Assembly: GCA_964291215.2 (NCBI GenBank) | Contig: OZ219791.1 | Span: 672,001-736,000, forward strand | Length of the DNA: 64,000 nucleotides | Direction of reading: 5' to 3' | Origin: Alphaproteobacteria bacterium | Lineage (GTDB): Bacteria > Pseudomonadota > Alphaproteobacteria > MPNO01 > UBA830 | Shown here: positions 43,274-53,588 of the stretch, piece after piece | Numbering within the stretch: the stretch's first letter is position 1 | Layout of the letters: each line of letters opens with the position of its first letter | Notes under the pieces: model-generated | Seen by the model: the letters and a program-made list of their open reading frames with translations, nothing else | The model's database searches: none | Told to the model about the DNA's origin: nothing | Position numbers and translations under genes: made by a program

Positions 43274-44149
43274 TTGATTTACCAGATTATCTCCGTGGTC
43301 GCGCCGGTCTTCTGCTGCGCTGCCATCGGTTTTACTTGGGCGCGCCTCGGCCGCCCGTTCGACACCCGGATGGTGGGCTCCCTGGCCCTCAATCTGGGCA
43401 TGCCGTGCCTCGTGTTCTCGACCCTTACCGGCTTTGAGGTCAGCTTCGGAACCGTCGGCCGGATCGCGCTCGCCTACGGCATCGCGCTCGCCTGCTTCAT
43501 GATCGTCGGTCTTGGCTGCATCCTCCTCCTGCGACTGCCGGTTCATACCTTCCTCCCCGCTTTCGCGTCGGCGAATACCGGGAACATGGGGCTGCCTCTC
43601 TGCCTGTTCGCGTTCGGTCAGGAGGGACTTGCCCTCTCCATCGGCGTCTTCGTGCTCTCGTCGCTGTTCAGCTTCACGGTTGGCTGGAGCCTCTATGCCG
43701 GGCGCCTGACCCTCGACATCCTCTACAAGAATCCGCTGATCTATGCGGTCGCCATAGCGCTTCCGATGGCGTTGACCGGAACCCGTCCGCCGGCCTGGCT
43801 GGCCAATACCATGGAGCTTATCGGCGGGCTCGCGATACCCTTGATGCTGATCTCGCTCGGCGTTGCCATCGCCAGCATCCGCGCCCGCGGGGCTGTGCGG
43901 GTCATCGTCGTCTCCGTGGTCAAGCTCGGCGCCGGATTCCTCGTCGGCTACGGGCTGTCCCTCGTGCTTGGGCTCGAAGGGGTGGCGAGAGGCGTTCTGA
44001 TCATCGGCTGTTCTATGCCGGTTGCGGTCCACAATTTCATGTTCGCTCAGTATTTCGACCGCAAGCTCGACGACACTGCGGGGCTGATCCTGTTCTCGAC
44101 GATATTCTCGCTGGCGACTCTGCCGTTGCTGATGCTGGCGGTGCTGTGA
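43274..44149 (+). CDS. AEC family transporter
   Basis: PCLVFS, NTGNMGLP, MPVAV; about 10 hydrophobic segments; start uncertain. Confidence 0.9.
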   Translation: MIYQIISVVAPVFCCAAIGFTWARLGRPFDTRMVGSLALNLGMPCLVFSTLTGFEVSFGTVGRIALAYGIALACFMIVGLGCILLLRLPVHTFLPAFASANTGNMGLPLCLFAFGQEGLALSIGVFVLSSLFSFTVGWSLYAGRLTLDILYKNPLIYAVAIALPMALTGTRPPAWLANTMELIGGLAIPLMLISLGVAIASIRARGAVRVIVVSVVKLGAGFLVGYGLSLVLGLEGVARGVLIIGCSMPVAVHNFMFAQYFDRKLDDTAGLILFSTIFSLATLPLLMLAVL

Positions 44150-44210
44150 CCGGACTCCGGTTCCGGCGCACCGGACCGCTTCAGCGCACGCTTCCCGAGC
44201 GGCGAGGCCG

Positions 44211-45098
44211 ATGGATCTGACGGCTCAGCTTGCCGCTGTCGTCGCGCCCATATTCATCTGCGTCGGCCTTGGCATTCTCTGGGTGCGGCTCGGATCGCCG
44301 TTCGATTCCGGCCTGATCACGTCGCTGATCTACAATGTCGCCGCCCCGTGCCTGATCCTTGCGACCTTCGACAAGGTCGATGTTACGGTGGCCGCGCTTG
44401 GCGAGGTCGCCCTTGCCGCGACCGCCTGCCTCATCAGTTTCGGCCTCCTTGCCACCCTCGTTCTCAGGGCAGTGCGGCTCGACCTGCCCTCCTATCTTCC
44501 GGCCCTGATCTTTCCGCTCGCCGGAAGCATGGGCCTTCCCGTCTGCTTCTTCGCGTTTGGCGACGAAGGCCTCGCCTTCGCGATCGTGTATTTCACGATC
44601 GCCGCTGTCGGCACGTTTTCGGTTGGTGTTGCGGTCGCCGCGGGTTCGCTGTCGTTCGCGACGGTGCTCCGGTCTCCGGTCATCTATGCAGTGCTGATCG
44701 CCGTCGCCCTCAAGCTCGTCGAGGCGCCGCTGCCGGGATGGATCTTCAACACCGTCGACCTTCTCGGCGGCCTTGTCATCCCGATGCAGCTTGTCGCCCT
44801 TGGCGTGTCTCTTCTCGACCTCCGCCCCGGCGCTTTCCTGCGCAGTCTCGCTCTCGGCGCCTTTCGCCTGGCGATGGGCCTTGTCGTGGGGCTCTGCGTC
44901 GCGGACCTGTTTGGTTTCGAGGGCACGCTGCGCGCCGTCGTCGTCATCCAGAGCGCCATGCCGGTCGCGGTCTCGTCCTATCTCTTCGCGCAGCACTTTA
45001 ACCGCAAGCCGGCGGAGGTTGCGGGCATGGTCGTCACGTCGACGGCAATTTCGTTTGCCACGCTACCGTTTCTGCTATGGTTCTTCCTCTCCACCTGA
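44211..45098 (+). CDS. AEC family transporter (tandem paralogue)
   Basis: PCLI, GSMGLP, QSAMPVAV. Confidence 0.9.
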   Translation: MDLTAQLAAVVAPIFICVGLGILWVRLGSPFDSGLITSLIYNVAAPCLILATFDKVDVTVAALGEVALAATACLISFGLLATLVLRAVRLDLPSYLPALIFPLAGSMGLPVCFFAFGDEGLAFAIVYFTIAAVGTFSVGVAVAAGSLSFATVLRSPVIYAVLIAVALKLVEAPLPGWIFNTVDLLGGLVIPMQLVALGVSLLDLRPGAFLRSLALGAFRLAMGLVVGLCVADLFGFEGTLRAVVVIQSAMPVAVSSYLFAQHFNRKPAEVAGMVVTSTAISFATLPFLLWFFLST

Positions 45099-45159
45099 GC
45101 GGTCACGTCGCTGCAGCGGCGCTGCCTGCAGGCAGAGAGAACATCTTCCGGAGCCTGCC

Positions 45160-45780
45160 ATGACTGCGAGATATGCTAAGATCGCCTTCACCGAGGCCGT
45201 CCGGGCGCGCCAGGAACAGGCTGGGTCGCGCGCTTCCTACGCGCATCTCGATGGCGATCAGGCCGGTCTCCCCAACCCGCTCGGCGAGCGCGAACGGATG
45301 TTCATTGCCGCGCGCGACAGCTTCTACATGGCCAGCGTCAACAGTGACGGCTGGCCCTACCTGCAGCACCGCGGCGGTCCGCGCGGATTTCTGAAGGTTC
45401 CCGATTCCGGTACGCTAGCCTTTGCCGACTTCGCCGGCAACAGGCAGTACGTGAGCGTCGGCAACATCGACGGTGACGGCCGCGTATCGCTGTTCCTGAT
45501 GGACTATCCCGCGCGCCGGCGCCTCAAGATCATGGGGCGGGCGCGCTTCATCGATCCCGGCGACGGCGCGTTTCCGGACCTGATCGATCCCGGCGACTAC
45601 GACGCGCCGGTCGAGCGCGCCTGCGTGATCGAGGTTGCCGCCTGTGACTGGAACTGTTCCAAGTTCATTACGCCGCGCCTGACCGAAGAGGAGATGGTGC
45701 CGTCCTTCCGGCGGCTGGTGGCCCGCATCCGCGAGCTCGAAGACGCACTTGAACTGGCCTTGGTGCCCCCTGCGCCATGA
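45160..45780 (+). CDS. pyridoxamine 5'-phosphate oxidase-like FMN-binding protein
   Basis: RDSFYMAS, GWPYLQHRGG, ADFAGNRQY, DWNC. Confidence 0.9.
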   Translation: MTARYAKIAFTEAVRARQEQAGSRASYAHLDGDQAGLPNPLGERERMFIAARDSFYMASVNSDGWPYLQHRGGPRGFLKVPDSGTLAFADFAGNRQYVSVGNIDGDGRVSLFLMDYPARRRLKIMGRARFIDPGDGAFPDLIDPGDYDAPVERACVIEVAACDWNCSKFITPRLTEEEMVPSFRRLVARIRELEDALELALVPPAP

Positions 45781-46397
45781 GCGGAGCGCGGTTCTCGGTT
45801 CCGCCGGGTGCCAGCCGCATCCTGGTGGCGCTGGTCGCCATCCAGGCCCTGCGCACGGTGTTGCCGCGTGAATACGACGCGTACCTGCTGTTTTTCACAG
45901 CCTTCCATCCCTTTACCGGGCATGAGCTTGATCCAATCTGGCTCTACGGCGCCTTCACCTCGGTCTTCATCCACGCGAACTGGACGCACCTGCTGATGAA
46001 CGGGCTGTGGGTGGTGGCGCTCTCATCGCAACTGCGCGCACATCTCGATGGCATGCGCTACCTGCTGTTCTTCGCCGTTTCCGGAGGGCTCGGCGCCCTG
46101 ACCCATGCCGCGCTGAACTGGGGAACGCCCGGGATCCTGCTCGGTTCATCCGGCGCCGTGTTCGGACTTCTCGGGGCCGGCGCGCATGCGCTGCTGCGGG
46201 GCAGCGACGGGTGCTCGCGGCCGCAATTGCAGCACTACATCCAGTACGTTCTCCTGATGATGATTATCAATCTGGGCTACGCCATCCTCAGCGAATACAG
46301 GATCAGCTGGGAGGCGCACGCCGGCGGGTTCTTTGCCGGGCTGGCCCTGTTTCCGCTATTACGCCGCCACCGTCCTGCCGTCGCTCCCCGGCCCTGA
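45777..46397 (+). CDS. rhomboid intramembrane serine protease
   Basis: HANWTHLLMN, GSSG, SWEAHAGG. Confidence 0.92.
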   Translation: MSGARFSVPPGASRILVALVAIQALRTVLPREYDAYLLFFTAFHPFTGHELDPIWLYGAFTSVFIHANWTHLLMNGLWVVALSSQLRAHLDGMRYLLFFAVSGGLGALTHAALNWGTPGILLGSSGAVFGLLGAGAHALLRGSDGCSRPQLQHYIQYVLLMMIINLGYAILSEYRISWEAHAGGFFAGLALFPLLRRHRPAVAPRP

Positions 46398-46428
46398 CCG
46401 CGGCCTGCCGCCGCGTGGCGAGAGACGT

Positions 46429-47184
46429 TCAGTGCATCGCCGAGCCGCCGTCGACGACGAGAGTCTGGCCGGTAATGAAGTCGGACTCCGCCGACGAGAA
46501 GAAGACAACCGTCCCCAGCAGGTCTTCCGGAACTTCCTCGCGCTTGATCGCGCGGCTTGCGGTGTTGTTGTCCTTCACCGCCGTCCATTGCGGATCGTCG
46601 ACGACCTTCTCGCTCATCGTCAGGCCGGGAGCGATGCAGTTGACGGTGATTCCGTCGCCGCCCACCTCGCGCGAGAGCGCGCGGGTGAACGCGACCATGG
46701 CGCCCTTCGAACTCACGTAATGAAGAAGCATCGGTGTGCCCTTGAACACGGTGCCGGAGGCGATGTTGATGATCTTGCCGTAGCCGTTCTTCTTCATTTC
46801 CGTCACGGCAGCCTTCACGCAGGTGAATACGCCGCGCGTATTGACCTGCATGACGCGGTCCCACTCGTCCTCGTCGATCTCGAGAAATGACTTCTGCTTG
46901 AGGTCGGCGAACAGCGCTGCATTCGTGACCATGATGTCCAGCTTGCCGAAGGCGTCCACAGTTTCCGAGACCAGTGCCTTGACGTCGTCCGGACGCGTGA
47001 CGTCGCACCTGATTCCCATCGCTTCGCCGCCGGCCTGCTTGATGATGTTCACCGTGTTCTCGGTATCCACGATATCCGCGACTGTGACCTTGGCGCCTTC
47101 GGCGGCGAGTGTCTTCGCGTATTCGGCCCCGATGCCCCGTCCGGATCCGGTGACGATCGCGACCCGTCCGTCAAGTCGTCCCAT
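46429..47184 (-). CDS. short-chain dehydrogenase/reductase
   Basis: TGSGRGIG, YVSSK, ITGQTLVVDGG. Confidence 0.95.
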   Translation of the reverse strand: MGRLDGRVAIVTGSGRGIGAEYAKTLAAEGAKVTVADIVDTENTVNIIKQAGGEAMGIRCDVTRPDDVKALVSETVDAFGKLDIMVTNAALFADLKQKSFLEIDEDEWDRVMQVNTRGVFTCVKAAVTEMKKNGYGKIINIASGTVFKGTPMLLHYVSSKGAMVAFTRALSREVGGDGITVNCIAPGLTMSEKVVDDPQWTAVKDNNTASRAIKREEVPEDLLGTVVFFSSAESDFITGQTLVVDGGSAMH

Positions 47185-47288
47185 CTTTCTGTCCCTCCGT
47201 TCTGGTTGTTCGCCGTGAAGGCGTTCAGCGTGTGTGCCGCCTCTTCCTCAACTGCAGGCCGCGCCGCGCCGGCAGGCGGCGCGAGAGA

Positions 47289-47837
47289 TCACTCAAGCGG
47301 CGCCGGATTTGCGCTCAGGCTCCTGAGGAAAAGGATGACGTTGGCGCGGTCCTTTGCCTTCTTGAGCCCGACGAAGGTCATCTTGGTTCCCTTGGCGTAT
47401 GCTTTGGGCTTGGTCAGGAAAGCGTTCAGATTGTCGTAGTTCCAAGGCTTGTCCTTGAGCTTTGTCAGCGCGCTCGAATACTTGAAACCGGACTTTTCGG
47501 TCGGTGTCGCGTTGACGATATTCCAGAGATTGGGCCCGACGCCGTTCTTGCCGCCTTCCGAAATCGTGTGGCACGCCTTACACTTGTTGAAGACCTTCTT
47601 GCCCCGTTCGATGCTGGCTTCCGCAAGCAGGGTCGACAGCGGCACTTCCGGTTCTGCCGGAGCGGCGGCTGACGCCGGCGTCGCGGGGATCGCGGCGACG
47701 ACGGCCGCCTTGCCAGTATCGGAGCCGTGGCCGCCGCCCGCGCCGACAAGATTGTCGCCGATCTTGCCGATGACAAAGACAACCAGTGTCGTCAGCAATA
47801 CTGCTCCGACGAGCTTGTTCAACCCGAATGTCGACAT
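47289..47837 (-). CDS. cycM: membrane-anchored cytochrome c (CycM/c552-like)
   Basis: N-terminal TM, CKACH, GPNL, GTKM. Confidence 0.88.
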   Translation of the reverse strand: MSTFGLNKLVGAVLLTTLVVFVIGKIGDNLVGAGGGHGSDTGKAAVVAAIPATPASAAAPAEPEVPLSTLLAEASIERGKKVFNKCKACHTISEGGKNGVGPNLWNIVNATPTEKSGFKYSSALTKLKDKPWNYDNLNAFLTKPKAYAKGTKMTFVGLKKAKDRANVILFLRSLSANPAPLE

Positions 47838-47985
47838 GTAGACTCCGCTGGAAATCGCCAGACGCCAAGCTGCTGCTTCCAGTGTTCAAGATAGTTGCGC
47901 TGCGGCGGTCTGTCCAATACTCCGGTTCGGTCTTCCGGCGCTGCGGTTCGGCGTCGGTTTCCCGGGTGTGCGCCTGCCCGAAAGC

Positions 47986-48900
47986 CTAGGCGGCGCCGTG
48001 TTTTCTGAGCCAGTCGCCGAGACGTTTCCAGCCGTCCATTGCCGCCTCGGCGCGGTAGCTCGGGCGGTAATCGGCATGGAATCCGTGTGGCGCATCGGGA
48101 TAGACGACGATTCTCACGTCGGTGTTGGCGGCGGCGCGGATGCGGCTCTCGAGATCCCGGACCGTGGCCACCGGGATGCCGCGGTCCTTGCCTCCATAGA
48201 GGCCGAGGACCGGAGCCTTGATCTTCGCGGCGATGTCGACCGGGTGGGCCGGCGTGTTGGGATTGCTGCCGCGCGCGACGACACGGCCATACCAGGCTAT
48301 GCCTGCCTTCAGCTTCGGGTTGTGCGCGGCATACATCCACACGATGCGGCCGCCCCAGCAGAACCCGGTGATGGCAAGGCGCGCAGTGTCACCGCCGTTG
48401 CGTCCGGCATACCGGACTGCGTGGTCAAGATCCGACATCACCTGGCGATCCGGAACCTTGGCAACAATCTCCATGATCAGTTTCCGGATCTCCTTGAAGG
48501 TGTACTTCGACGGGGCTCCCTGGCGGCTGTACAGATCCGGCGCGATGGCAAAATGCCCCATCTTGGCGAGGCGGCGGCAGACGTCACGGATATGCTCGTG
48601 AACGCCGAAGATCTCTTGGACCACCAGGATGACCGGATGGTTCGCGCCAGCCGCGGGCCGGGCGAAATAGGCGGGGATCATGCCGTCCGCAACGGGCATG
48701 TCGATCATGCCGGCCCTGAGCCCGGCAGTGTCCGTCCTGATCATGGTTGCGCGCGCTGGGCGTACGGAGAGCGCGAGGCCGGTGGATGCGGCAGCGCCGA
48801 CGACGAAAATGCGTCGGGAAACAGCTGTATTCGGCAGCATGCTTCGCAGATCCGAATCGACCAGCTCGGGTTCCGCCTCCGGCGGATAATGAATAAGCAT
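47986..48900 (-). CDS. dienelactone hydrolase family protein
   Basis: QEIFGV, GFCWGG, HGFHADYR; Tat-like SRRIF. Confidence 0.92.
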   Translation of the reverse strand: MLIHYPPEAEPELVDSDLRSMLPNTAVSRRIFVVGAAASTGLALSVRPARATMIRTDTAGLRAGMIDMPVADGMIPAYFARPAAGANHPVILVVQEIFGVHEHIRDVCRRLAKMGHFAIAPDLYSRQGAPSKYTFKEIRKLIMEIVAKVPDRQVMSDLDHAVRYAGRNGGDTARLAITGFCWGGRIVWMYAAHNPKLKAGIAWYGRVVARGSNPNTPAHPVDIAAKIKAPVLGLYGGKDRGIPVATVRDLESRIRAAANTDVRIVVYPDAPHGFHADYRPSYRAEAAMDGWKRLGDWLRKHGAA

Positions 48901-49064
48901 TAGGTCCTTCTCCCGATCGGTGTTGCGCAACGGCAGAACAGTCTATCCGGCCGCGCGGCTGCGGCCGGCAGCTTACACCAAGAGCGGCCGCCGGGCCACG
49001 GAAAACCGGTGTCGAGCGCTCCCCTGCCTGTCGGCGCTGCTTGGTGATGATCCCTGGCCCCACT

Positions 49065-50080
49065 ATAAGCGTCGGCAGCTAGGTCGAGATCCACGTAGGT
49101 TACCAAGGTCAGGAAGGTATGCATGATGCCGACCCCCAAGGCAGGGCGGCCTTGACGACATCCAGCACCGGCATTGTCGCAACGCCCGCAGTGACGAACA
49201 GGCTGAGTCCGACAGGCGTCGTGATCATGTCGATTTCCATGTTCACGCCATGATGATTCCGAAATGGTTTGGATCGAGTTCAAGCTCGATAGCAGTCGGC
49301 AAGATGATCGGCGCCACGATGATCAGGAGCTCCGACGGTCCCATGAACTGATCGCCGATCAGCAGTACGTTCAAGACAACCGGGAACATGATCGGGCCCA
49401 AGCTGGCGACGAGCATTGCCGCCGTCATTGCCTGTGGTATCTGCTCCTCGGTCAGGACATGCTTGAGGATCAGGGCATTGGCTATGATGAACACTAGCGT
49501 GACGGTGAGCCTGTCATCCTTGAACAGCGTCTTTCGGGCGCCGGGATGCCAGAGTGCCGAGACCGCTCGGCCGGCGACGCCGCAGTGGTTCTGTTCTCCG
49601 GTCGCGAAAGGCCCCATGTCGCGATTCACGAAGCTCGCGATCAGGAAGGCTTAGACGGTGGCGGCAGCCTTCGTGGGCGTGAAGACGCCTCTGTGGTCTG
49701 CAGCGCTCCGCAAACCTCCTTGAAGGTCATCTCTTGCGGGTTCGTGCTAAGTTGCATGAAACGTGTGACCGGGACATTCGACGTTTGCACGCGGAATTTG
49801 AGGCCGTTGGTGTCGGCGCGGCTCAGCAGCGGCTTGTTCGCCGACATCTGCCTCATGCCGTTTTGCCGCAAGGCTAGCCCCTGCAGGCTGCGGCGTGTCA
49901 TCGAATCCTTGCACGCCTGGCCCGCTTCGGAGTTCCGGCATCGGTCGGCCGCATTGATGATGTTGTTGTTGTAGTTCAATTTGACGTGAATTTCGTCCGT
50001 GTCGCACGCCGCCTGTGTGAGCAACGAAAGCGTGGCGGCCGCGCTGACCAGAAGCTTCTGTATGGTGGTTTCTCAATTAT
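49065..50080 (-). pseudogene. collapsed TRAP transporter dctP-dctM remnant
   Basis: GLKFRVQ and MTFKEV..ALQT (DctP); DPNHFGII, MITTPVGLSLFV (DctM); many deletions. Confidence 0.82.
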
Positions 50081-50300
50081 TGAGACGGAGAGGACATGCC
50101 TCCCGGGTGCCGGATTTTCGGGCAGTCTGCCAACTCGGGCCGGGCGGCTGCCGTCCGGCCCGGTTTCCGCTATCGTGCAGCAGCGAACTGTTGAAGCCGC
50201 GTGTCCGCGACTGTAAACTCGCCCGGAACAGGGTTCCCGGGCGGGCCGACGCTTGCGGATGCCCCCTCCCGGAGACGGAAAACCGTTCCCGCCCGTTGCC

Positions 50301-51071
50301 ATGTGCCGATCCCTGAATCCCGTTGTCATCATCCCTTCTCGCCTTGCTGCCACGCGTCTGCCGCGAAAACCGCTGGCGGAGATTCTTGGCGAACCCATGA
50401 TTGTTCATGTCTGGCGCCGGGCGGTGCAGGCTGGAATTGGTCCCGTGATCGTGGCCTGTGGAGACCGCGAGATTGCGGAGGCCATCGCTGCGGCCGGAGG
50501 CCGGGCGGTCATGACGCGCTCCGATCATGCGAGCGGGTCGGATCGCATCCATGAAGCGCTCGGGAGCGTCGATTCCGGGGGGGGGCACAATGTCGTCGTC
50601 AATCTGCAGGGCGATCTTCCGGCCATAGATCCCGACATGGTTGCGGCCGTCCTGAGGCCGCTGTCTGAGCCGACCGTTGATGTCGCTACGCTGGTTTCGG
50701 AGATCGTCGAGGAACGGGAACGCGCCGATCCGAATGTAGTGAAGGCGGTCGTGAGCCTTGCTGACGGCGAGGATGTCGGCAGGGCGCTGTATTTCAGCCG
50801 GGCGATGGTGCCGTCGCCGGCAGCGGGGCCCCATTTCCATCACATCGGGATCTACGGTTTCCGGCGCCACGCTCTCGATCGGTTCGTGGCGCTGCCTTGC
50901 GGCAGGCTGGAGGCGTTGGAGCGGCTTGAGCAGCTGCGCGCCCTCGAAGCGGGCATGCGTATCGACGCGGCGCTCGTTGACACCATCCCCGTGGGGGTCG
51001 ATACTTCTGACGATCTTGACCGGGTGCGGGCGCTGCTTGCGGATGGTCCCTTCCGCCAGACCGGATCGTAG
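50301..51071 (+). CDS. kdsB: 3-deoxy-manno-octulosonate cytidylyltransferase
   Basis: IPSRLAATRLPRKPL, SGSDRI, NLQGD, HIGIY, LEQLRALE. Confidence 0.96.
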   Translation: MCRSLNPVVIIPSRLAATRLPRKPLAEILGEPMIVHVWRRAVQAGIGPVIVACGDREIAEAIAAAGGRAVMTRSDHASGSDRIHEALGSVDSGGGHNVVVNLQGDLPAIDPDMVAAVLRPLSEPTVDVATLVSEIVEERERADPNVVKAVVSLADGEDVGRALYFSRAMVPSPAAGPHFHHIGIYGFRRHALDRFVALPCGRLEALERLEQLRALEAGMRIDAALVDTIPVGVDTSDDLDRVRALLADGPFRQTGS

Positions 51072-51075
51072 AAAA

Positions 51076-51933
51076 ATGGCCGTATCAGCACGGGCATCGA
51101 AGAGGATTGCGTTTCAAGGCCACCCCGGCGCATATTCGCATCTTGCCTGTCGCAAGCTCTTTCCTGACATGGAGCCGCTGCCGACCGCGGCCTTCGAAGA
51201 TACGCTGGACGCGGTGCGGCAGAGCAAGGCGCGCTACGCCATAATCCCCATCGAGAATTCGGTTGCCGGACGGGTGGCCGACATTCACCAGTTGATGCCC
51301 GAGTCGGATCTTCACATCGTCGGTGAGCATTTCGATCGTGTGGAGCACCATCTGCTCGCGGTCAGGGGCGCGAGCCTGAAGACGATCACCAAGGTCCACA
51401 GCCATGTTCACGCGTTGGGCCAGTGTGGACAGTTCCTGCGCCGTCACGGCCTTGAGCCGGTCGTTCATGCCGATACCGCGGGGGCGGCAGCAGAGATCGC
51501 GAGGATGAACGACCCCGCAAGCGCGGCGATCGCCTCGGCGCTCGCCGGCAAGGTCTACGGCCTAAAGTCCATTCGCGCCGGGATCGAGGACGCGCAGCAC
51601 AACACCACCAGATTCCTAGTACTGGCGCGTCGGCCGCTGCGGCGCAAGCGTGACGAGACGCCGGTAATCACGACATTCGTCTTCCGGGTCCGGAACGTGC
51701 CGGCGGCGTTGTTCAAAGCCCTCGGGGGGTTTGCGACGAACGACGTCAACATGACCAAGCTCGAAAGCTATATGCTTGGCGGCGATTTCTTCGCCACCCA
51801 GTTCTACGCCGATGTCGAGGGAGACCCGCGCGATCGGAACGTCGCGCTGGCGCTCGAGGAACTCGCGTTCTTCAGCCGCGAGGTCTGCATACTCGGGACC
51901 TATCCTGCGGATCCGTTCCGTTTCAGCAAGTAG
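51076..51933 (+). CDS. pheA: prephenate dehydratase
   Basis: AFQGHPGAYS, PIENS, NTTRF, NMTKLES ACT domain. Confidence 0.95.
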   Translation: MAVSARASKRIAFQGHPGAYSHLACRKLFPDMEPLPTAAFEDTLDAVRQSKARYAIIPIENSVAGRVADIHQLMPESDLHIVGEHFDRVEHHLLAVRGASLKTITKVHSHVHALGQCGQFLRRHGLEPVVHADTAGAAAEIARMNDPASAAIASALAGKVYGLKSIRAGIEDAQHNTTRFLVLARRPLRRKRDETPVITTFVFRVRNVPAALFKALGGFATNDVNMTKLESYMLGGDFFATQFYADVEGDPRDRNVALALEELAFFSREVCILGTYPADPFRFSK

Positions 51934-51941
51934 CGGGCTCT

Positions 51942-52850
51942 TCAGGAGCCCGCGCGGACCCACTCGTCTATCAACCTTCGTGCGATCGAATCCGAACGTG
52001 GACGGCTGGCAATTCCGGCTCCGCCGCGGGCCAGTTCGACGCGGGTGAACCAGCGCAGGTCCTCGAGCTCCTGTTCGTTGCGGACAAACTCGTCGTCAAG
52101 CGAATCGGCATGGAAACCCAGCATCAGGGATGCCGGAAACGGCCAAGGCTGGGAGGAGTGGTAGCGGATGTTGGTGACCGCGATGCCGGCTTCCTCCATG
52201 ACCTCCCGGGCGACCGCTTGTTCGAGGCTCTCGCCGGGTTCCACGAAGCCCGCGAGCGTGGAATACATGCCCTCGGCCCATTCCGCCTTGCGGCCGAGAA
52301 GTGCGCGGTTGCCGCTTGACACCAGCATGATAACAGCGGGGTCCGTGCGCGGAAAATGTAGCGCGCCGCATCCGAGGTTCGCGCATTTTCGAAGATGGCC
52401 GGCTTCGCGAATTTCGGCGGGGCTGCCGCACACGCCGCAGAACCGGTGCCGGGCATGCCAGTGCATGATACCCTTTGCGTAGGCGAGGATTGCCGCCTCG
52501 CCACGGTCCATGTTGGCGCCGACCGCCCGCAGATCGACGAACTTCCCCTCGTCGGCGAGGCCCGGCAAATCGGTTTCGCCGATCCCGGAAATGTCGACGG
52601 CGAAATAGGCGGTTTCCCCGCGCAGGCCGAGAAGCACCGTTACTTCCGACGATTCGATCAATGCACGCGCATCGGGTGTTCGCATGGTCACCGCGCGAGG
52701 CATTTCCATTCCGGCGACCAGGTTGCGCGACCGCCATACGGGCACGATCACCGAGTGTTCGGACTCCAGCCGCAAGCGCAGCCAAGCTTCATTGCCGCGC
52801 AGTTCGCAGGCGCGGTTGAGCACGGGATCGGCGTAGGTGTTGTGTTGCAT
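51942..52850 (-). CDS. nudC: NAD(H) diphosphatase
   Basis: Zn ribbon FCGVCG, FPRTDPAVI, Nudix box, SQPWPFP. Confidence 0.96.
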   Translation of the reverse strand: MQHNTYADPVLNRACELRGNEAWLRLRLESEHSVIVPVWRSRNLVAGMEMPRAVTMRTPDARALIESSEVTVLLGLRGETAYFAVDISGIGETDLPGLADEGKFVDLRAVGANMDRGEAAILAYAKGIMHWHARHRFCGVCGSPAEIREAGHLRKCANLGCGALHFPRTDPAVIMLVSSGNRALLGRKAEWAEGMYSTLAGFVEPGESLEQAVAREVMEEAGIAVTNIRYHSSQPWPFPASLMLGFHADSLDDEFVRNEQELEDLRWFTRVELARGGAGIASRPRSDSIARRLIDEWVRAGS

Positions 52851-53108
52851 TCCGTTATTATAGCCGGTTCGGGCCGCCTTCAGGCGATCGCCGGCTGCGC
52901 CGGCCAGCCGGAAGAGGCTCGGCGCGGGTTCGCGATGGAGAGGATGTCGTCAGGAGACGGGGCCTGTCGGGGAGCAGCGCGGCGTCAGGAAATGCCTGTG
53001 CGGTTTCGCGACAGAGCCCCGAAGAAATCACATGCCCGAAAGCGCATGGCCGCCCGGGTTCCTGGCGTCGCGCGTTCACCCGTCCGGTGAAGGGACGGGC
53101 ATGGTCGG

Positions 53109-53486
53109 TCAGGCGGCCATCACCGTACGCGACTTGATCAGGTACGCTTCCGTGCAATGTTCGGCGCAGTAATGGCGGCCGGGCTGAACCGTCTTGCCGC
53201 AGACATGCAATCCGAACTTGCCGGGCTCGTCCGTCGGCCAGCGGCACATCCAAGTCTCCACGCCCCCCGAGAGGGGGACCAGGGCCGGGACTTTGCCGGC
53301 GACCTTTCTCGTCTGTACTGCGCCTTTCGGCGGCCTTTCGCCATGCTGGAGATCAAGCCGGTGGGCCTTGCCGATCACGGAGTTTCTGGTGAAGCCGCTC
53401 CCGAGTTCGGCGGCGATAGCTCTTGCCGACTTTCCTTCGGACCAGAGCTCGACAAGGAGCTCGACCTGTTCCGGGTTCCATTGCAT
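53109..53486 (-). CDS. short GcrA-family cell-cycle regulator (125 aa)
   Basis: W..EQVELL..LW.EG.SA..IAAELG..TRNSVIGKAHRL and CRWP..CG..YC.EH. Confidence 0.88.
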   Translation of the reverse strand: MQWNPEQVELLVELWSEGKSARAIAAELGSGFTRNSVIGKAHRLDLQHGERPPKGAVQTRKVAGKVPALVPLSGGVETWMCRWPTDEPGKFGLHVCGKTVQPGRHYCAEHCTEAYLIKSRTVMAA

Positions 53487-53542
53487 AACCGGTTTCCTTC
53501 TGCGAATGCCAGCCCCGTCGAATCCCGTCGCGTCTGAGTGTG

Positions 53543-53588
53543 ACGCAATATAGAGTATAGATACAAACAAACTATACTATATGTAGGC
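53543..53588. promoter_or_regulatory. tandem NrdR-box-like sites
   Basis: ACGCAATATAGAGTA (53543) and ATACTATATGTAGGC (53574), 31 bp apart. Confidence 0.55.
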
